DNA of 64,000 bases from Lingula anatina. Lineage: Eukaryota; Animalia; Brachiopoda. The position numbers and the translations under genes were made by a program. How positions within the stretch are numbered: position 1 is the stretch's first letter; each line of letters opens with the position of its first letter. This document shows, in pieces, positions 58,331 to 64,000 of this stretch. The stretch is from the NCBI GenBank assembly GCA_051362555.1, contig CM120641.1, positions 16,244,001 to 16,308,000 on the forward strand, written 5' to 3'. The notes beneath the pieces were generated by a model. The model was not told the DNA's origin. It searched no databases and saw nothing but the letters and a program-made list of their open reading frames with translations.

Positions 58331-58642
58331 CTTGTATCCAAGAAATCGATACAACATTATCACATTTTAGATAAAATCTTGTTTTATCTTGTCAGATAAT
58401 GTTTTACAACTAGCAGAGTGTTGGTAAGTATGCTTTTTTATCTTTCCCTCTAAATACTAATACTCGGAGCTGATTAACTGGCTACAGGCACTGGCTGCAG
58501 ATTTGCTCAGTGTAGCACGAGTCACAAAGTTAGGAATTTAATATTCTTGCTCCAAAACCTAAACAAAGAACGGAAACGGGCTCGATTTACCTAGTCGTCA
58601 TAAATAACCTTTTTTTATTTCTATTTATACAGGTATGTCAAC

Positions 58643-60692
58643 ATGGCTTCCCAGAAGGTGTATTTCATCTTGGTTACAGTCTTGGTGATTTTGGTCTCAG
58701 TGCTGTATCAAAAGGAACATGATGGTGACATTGAATTGCTCAATAAGGCAGTTGTACTGCAGGCAGGAAGACCAACAGTTTTTAATTTTATATCTAACAT
58801 GGATAAGTACAGTCAGGTACAAAAGGAATTCTTCATTTCAACATCTACATGTCAGTGACATGTACACCAAGCCCGTAGCCAGCAATTTCAAAAGGGGGGT
58901 TCTTTTTCTGAAAAAGTGGACCTTTTCCCATAAAAACTTCATGTACCTAGATCAAATTTTACCCAGAGTGGACCTTTTCCCAGCAAAAGGGGTGGTTCTT
59001 CCGAACCCCCTGAACCCCTTCTGGCTACGGGCCTGTACACAAACCTGCCATGCAAACGAAAGTACATGTACTGGGTAGCTGCAAAGTATATGAATATGAT
59101 TTTTTCTTTTTTTTATTTCTTTCTTTATTTATTTGTCTGCATATATAATAATAAGTGAACTGTAGCACTAACAATGCACTGTTCACCATTCAACCAATAG
59201 TTGATCGAGATACCTACTGTACAGTCAGTGTTCAGTAGATGTGAAGTAAATGTTTTTTACCTCAATCAGATTTAAATGACATAGCATCATCTACATGTAG
59301 TACAACATGATTGTGACAGTGTTTACAATAAAACATGCCATCATATTTTTCTTACATATCATGAATAATAGCCACTTTTCTAGCTAGAGTATGAAAAAAC
59401 AGTGAACATGATAAACGAGTAGATAATTTCTAAACAGATTAACAGTATTTTCTAGCTGGGGCTTGATCACATGATTGACTCACTAACATGCCACATAGGA
59501 AGAAAAAAAAGCTTCCTCTCTTTAGAAATGAATTACTTTCTTTTTTATCATCTTTACACAGGAGACAACAAAAATACTGTGCTGCTGCATAAGGAGCATT
59601 CATCTACATTGTTTTCCATTTTCTGTGATCGCACATAAAAAATAAAAATTTTGACACTTTATACTTTCAAGATCTGTATATTACATATTTATCTTAACAG
59701 CCTGTGGCTATTGAGCATATGTGCAGTTTTGTTGTATATCTTATTTGTAATCATTCTATTACAGTGGTTTCCAGAAGTAGGCAAGATAGAAGCCTATGAT
59801 CCCTCTCCTCTTGATATTGGAAAACAGTACAAAGAAACAGGACAGTTTCCAGCTTGGGGTGAGCACACCATTAATTGCAAGTGACAGTTGGTAGTGAATA
59901 TTTCATCTTTTTTATAGTTTACAAATGATGTAAATTACAAAGCAGTTATCACTGGTAACAGTAGAAATTTTCCCATCATTCTTTCTCTTCCACAGGTGAT
60001 ATAGAGTACAATCTTGTCATCACTGGTTTCAGTCCACCAGAATATTTCAGCTTTACCTCAGGTTCGTGGATGCTACTTCATATAGAAATGTTGCTTATAT
60101 ATGAGAAAGATGATCAGACAAGGCTGGAGTGGAAACTGCTAAGCAACAGGAGGAGTTACTTGTTTCAGGTGAGAGAAAAAAAAATTGTGAAACTATGAAG
60201 CCACACTTTCACCCTGAGATTACTTGTTACAATAACTTTTTATATGCCATTCTGTGGAGGAAAATCATCACCACCAGTCCAAATTTCAGGGCACATGTAC
60301 CAGGAAAGGCAGAATCAGGTGTCTGTCTTTTAAAAACTTAATAATGCTATTATAAAATCAGTAGACTATATTTTAGGTCAGGACTTTCAGGTACTTTTGT
60401 TTTCATGTGATAATATAAGCTTGCATTGTCTCTCTATGTTCCAATAAATGTTGCAACATTGTCTAAATGTTTACTCAGCAATAGCTATTAAAGTAATATT
60501 AGAGATATAAACTTAAATGTAAATTTTATTGAATTAATATACAGTACTTTTCAAGCCTGACAAGGAATGACCATGTTTTCTTTTTTATTTTTCTAATTTT
60601 AGTACACAATGGCTCCAATTGTGAGGTTATTTTACGAAGGACGTGTAAGGCAAGCATTATGGAATCTCAAGTATACTTTTCGTTCCCGGTGA
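58643..60692 (+). CDS. Uncharacterised SRPBCC/START-like (polyketide cyclase/dehydrase-like) protein with N-terminal signal/anchor, 4 coding exons, 176 aa
   Basis: Exons 58643-58816, 59765-59858, 59996-60168, 60603-60692 join GT-AG in frame (531 nt). Hydrophobic N-terminus, then VLQAGRPTVFNFISNMDKYSQWFPEV (SRPBCC V-F-x-F-x-x-D/N...W-x-P motif), IGKQYKE, ITGFSPPEYFSF and a C-terminal helix ALWNLK. AATAAA at ~60756. Confidence 0.8.
58868..59035. mobile_element. Small MITE in an intron
   Basis: Inverted termini GCCCGTAGCCAG ... CTGGCTACGGGC. Confidence 0.6.
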
Positions 60693-61989
60693 TATCAAAG
60701 AAACAGAGGTTATTTTCTATTTAAATCAAGTAATTTGAGTGCAATGTTTCTATGCAATAAATGGTCAATGAAATGAGACAGCATTGTATTGATGCACCAA
60801 AACTGAACGCTGGCTTTTCTGTGCATTTTGGTATTGCACTATGTGTAGTTCAAAGTAATATTTACTAGGAGAAAAAGAATGCCTTACATTTTCTCAGACA
60901 TGAGCCTAGGTTTCAAAAAAAAACAAAAAAAAAAATAAACCTCTGAGCATTTATCATGGGACCCAACACCTAACCAGCAGGGGGTCCGGGGGCCGACTGA
61001 AAATTGAATTAAAAAATGCAGAATTCCACGTTTTCTTGGAAAAAGCTCATGTCTGTATTCTGTAAGTCTGCAAAATGCTGAAGAAATGTGCTGTTTAGAT
61101 CATAAATGATTAAGATTGAGCACCATTTTAGATACCATATTTATGGACTTGGTGGACCTCAGGTTTGATTGCTGTTCTTAAAGCAGCTTCAATTACCTGC
61201 AGAATGATGTATTCCTTTCTTTTCAAAAGCTAAATTTCCCTTCATAAAAGATCATAGCGCATGTTTAGAGAATACATGTACCTTCAAGGTAAATATTGCC
61301 AGCTCAGTTGCAAACATAATTATTTTCTAATTTAATAACAGAAAACATAAAGCATCGCAGAAAGAGGGCCAGTCCTACATCTCCTAACATATTTAACTCT
61401 TTATGACAAACCATTTTGGTTTTGTCAGACAATGATACATTTTGCACACATAATGAGCAACAGTAGCTGTGGTAATTCCGAAATGATTTAGACGTAGCAC
61501 AAGTTTGTGGTAGTTGTACCACCTTGTGATGAAGATGTGTGACACATCTAGATCGTGTCAATATCTGTCAAAAAACCTTTGTACCAGTAGAAATCTTCAC
61601 CTCATTTACCATCATTATGATGAATTGGAAGAAATCATGTGATCTCATTTTTTTATTTATATGTATGTGTACTAGTATAGATGTTGTGATGCATGTTACT
61701 TTGTTAAAATTCATTAGACAAAAAAGGTTTTACTTTTCCATGATGGATGCTATGGTTCACATACATTTATTATTTTTTTTGACCACTTGTATGTGGACTG
61801 ATATTTGTAATCACATCATAATGTGATCAATTTGAGAAGTATACAATAAAAGCAAATAATGAAACATTGCCAATGATTTTTTTATCGTGAAATGTATCCA
61901 ATTCAGTTTGATATATTTACATACAAAAATACAATCTGCCTTTTTCATTATTCGCATATAATGCATAAAATTCAAACATAAACTAAAGG

Positions 61990-62804
61990 TCAAGAAACTT
62001 TTTGCCTCTTGGCTTTCATTAGCCTGTATGTTTCTATAGCTTTTTCTCTTTCCCCATCTACGAGTCTCTGCTGTGCAAAAGATAAATGTTTTCTTTTAAC
62101 AGTTTGTCCAACCTCTCTTGACTTTGGTCCAAACACAGACTTATTAATATTGTGAGACTGATTGTCCCGAATAACTTCTTTCAGTAGTAAGGATTTTCGT
62201 CCAGGCTGAAAAGAGAAAATTGTAGCAAATGAATCGATCAACCAGTTATCATGGCATTCCATGTTATCAATCAAGAAAACTATCATTAAAAAAATTGCAA
62301 AACAATCAGAATATGTATGTATGCTGTAGTTTTGACATTATTTTTGAGAATTCAGTTGTAGGAAGACAATTTCTACATAACCACGATTTTCTTTTTTATT
62401 TTGTGGCAAAGAATTTATAGAAACAAAAATGTACTTTGTGCATACCCCACACATAAACCTATACATGCACAAATATATCCAGAGATTGAGAGTATTGGTT
62501 AACACTTGTCTAATATTTTAATTCAGACGCTAAGCACCAAGCACATCAGGCCTTACGAAGATCTGAAAATCAATATATTATGCACAAAAATCCCAATTAT
62601 CAAGCTTCTAGATATATTAACTGCCTTTACCTACAAAATGTATTTCATTAGTATTGTTTACATGGAGACAAAATGGATATAATAGAAACACCAACCTTGG
62701 CAATGTCAGAAGCTTGCTTGGGTTTTGCTGTCAATGTTGGGGGCTCCATGGCTACTTCGCCAAATTTCACATTATCTAAATTCAATAAAAAAAATAATAA
62801 TCAC

Positions 62805-62847
<43 letters not shown>

Positions 62848-63591
62848 TTATAATAAAAACAAATATAATCCTCAAATTAACATTGGATCACCTACAAAAT
62901 TTGATAACAATAATCATGATAAAAACTCATTAAGAGGTCAAATATTGGATCCAAATCAAAATATTATAAAGATTTAAGTAAACAAAAGATCAAAAGTAAA
63001 CATCTCATGTAACACATTTAAATTAGATAAACTCCTGTTTTATGCAATACTCTTACCCTCCAGTTTTTCAAAGCCTGTTGCCTTTTTTTCAACTTTATTT
63101 GTCTTCTGTATTTTCTGTTTGACTTTTCTTTCCTTCTGCCTCCTGAACAAGAATTTGTGTAAAATTTTCCACAAAGTTAGCATAATAATAGTAATAATAA
63201 CATTACTATTATTATTATTATTGTTGTTGTTGTTTTAAGCCTATAATCCAAATTTTGTCTGTAGACTTTACAGTGCAACTTGAATAAGGAATAAAAAAGG
63301 CCAGTAAAAAATTGATTAAAATAGGAAAAATTGATAAAAAAACAAATAATATAAAATTAAAAAATGTGACTTCATCACTCACTTTGAAAAGTCAAAATTT
63401 GTAAAAATTCGATTCATAAATTTCTAAAAAAGGTTGTTATCCCTTTACAATAAAATTTACTCTAAATTGAATCTGAAATTAATTTTTGGTTTCAAAAGAA
63501 ATTTTTGTACTCACTCCCTTTTTCTTTCACTTATTTTTTTCTTTTTCTTCTTGACTTTAACTTCTCCTTTTTCAATGGCATTAAGATCCAC
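61990..63591 (-). CDS. CCDC137: Coiled-coil domain-containing protein 137, last four exons (gene continues beyond the window)
   Basis: Exons 63591-63515, 63142-63057, 62775-62696, 62205-61990 join in frame: a Lys-rich segment, DNVKFGEVAMEPPTLTAKP, PGRKSLLLK and LSFAQQRLVDGEREKAIETYRLMK, matching the recalled CCDC137 motifs D-x-V-x-FGEV-x-x-x-PP-x-L and E-R-E-x-A-x-x-x-Y-R. Confidence 0.85.
62808..62845. repeat. (AAT)n microsatellite
   Basis: Directly visible, intronic. Confidence 0.9.
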
Positions 63592-64000
63592 CTGAAGATT
63601 AAAGCATACACAGTGGGGGATATACAAATCCATGTGCAATTCTAAATATGCAAGCATTTGAAAGATTGCAGAAACATATCTAAGGTTAACGGCATCTTAC
63701 AATGTTAAATTATGCTGTCGTTTTTGGTTTTTTCAAAATTATTTTCACAAAGAATAATGTTTATTTGTTTTTCAAAACTTTATAAAGTCATCACCAATAT
63801 GTAGTGGAAGTGAATAATTACCTGTGTGCATATATACACTAGCACATAAATAATGACTTAAACACCAGAAATGTAATATTTTACTCTTCCATCTATTTTT
63901 ACTTTGATCTCAATTATTTAAAAACCTAATTAGCTTGATTGCATTGCTGGTGCTTGTAATGCATACAAAAAATAACAAGTTACTTTATATTTGTCTTCAA

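Overview
AT-rich, intron-rich animal genomic DNA, probably a mollusc or similar marine invertebrate (inferred from repeat types and gene structure). Hand-spliced genes: COX16-like (-, 255-2735) head-to-head with TMA16 (+, 3122-8370); a 17-exon, 725-aa cGMP-dependent protein kinase of the PRKG2/Pkg21D type with an N-myristoylation motif (-, 25916-49164); a doubtful 3-exon minus-strand transcript (~54.7-57.6 kb); a membrane-anchored SRPBCC/START-like protein (+, 58643-60692); and the 3' part of CCDC137 (-, from 61990). The most striking feature is a ~12-kb block (9.7-21.7 kb) between the convergent 3' ends of TMA16 and the kinase. It is a patchwork of short, decayed coding fragments from about 12 independent transposon pieces (BEL/Pao, Gypsy, Harbinger, hAT, Merlin/IS1595, pogo, Kolobok/Mutator-like). 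Every recognisable fragment lies on the minus strand, as expected for a unistrand, flamenco-like piRNA cluster transcribed on +. All assignments come from reading the sequence and recalled family motifs; no database search was run.
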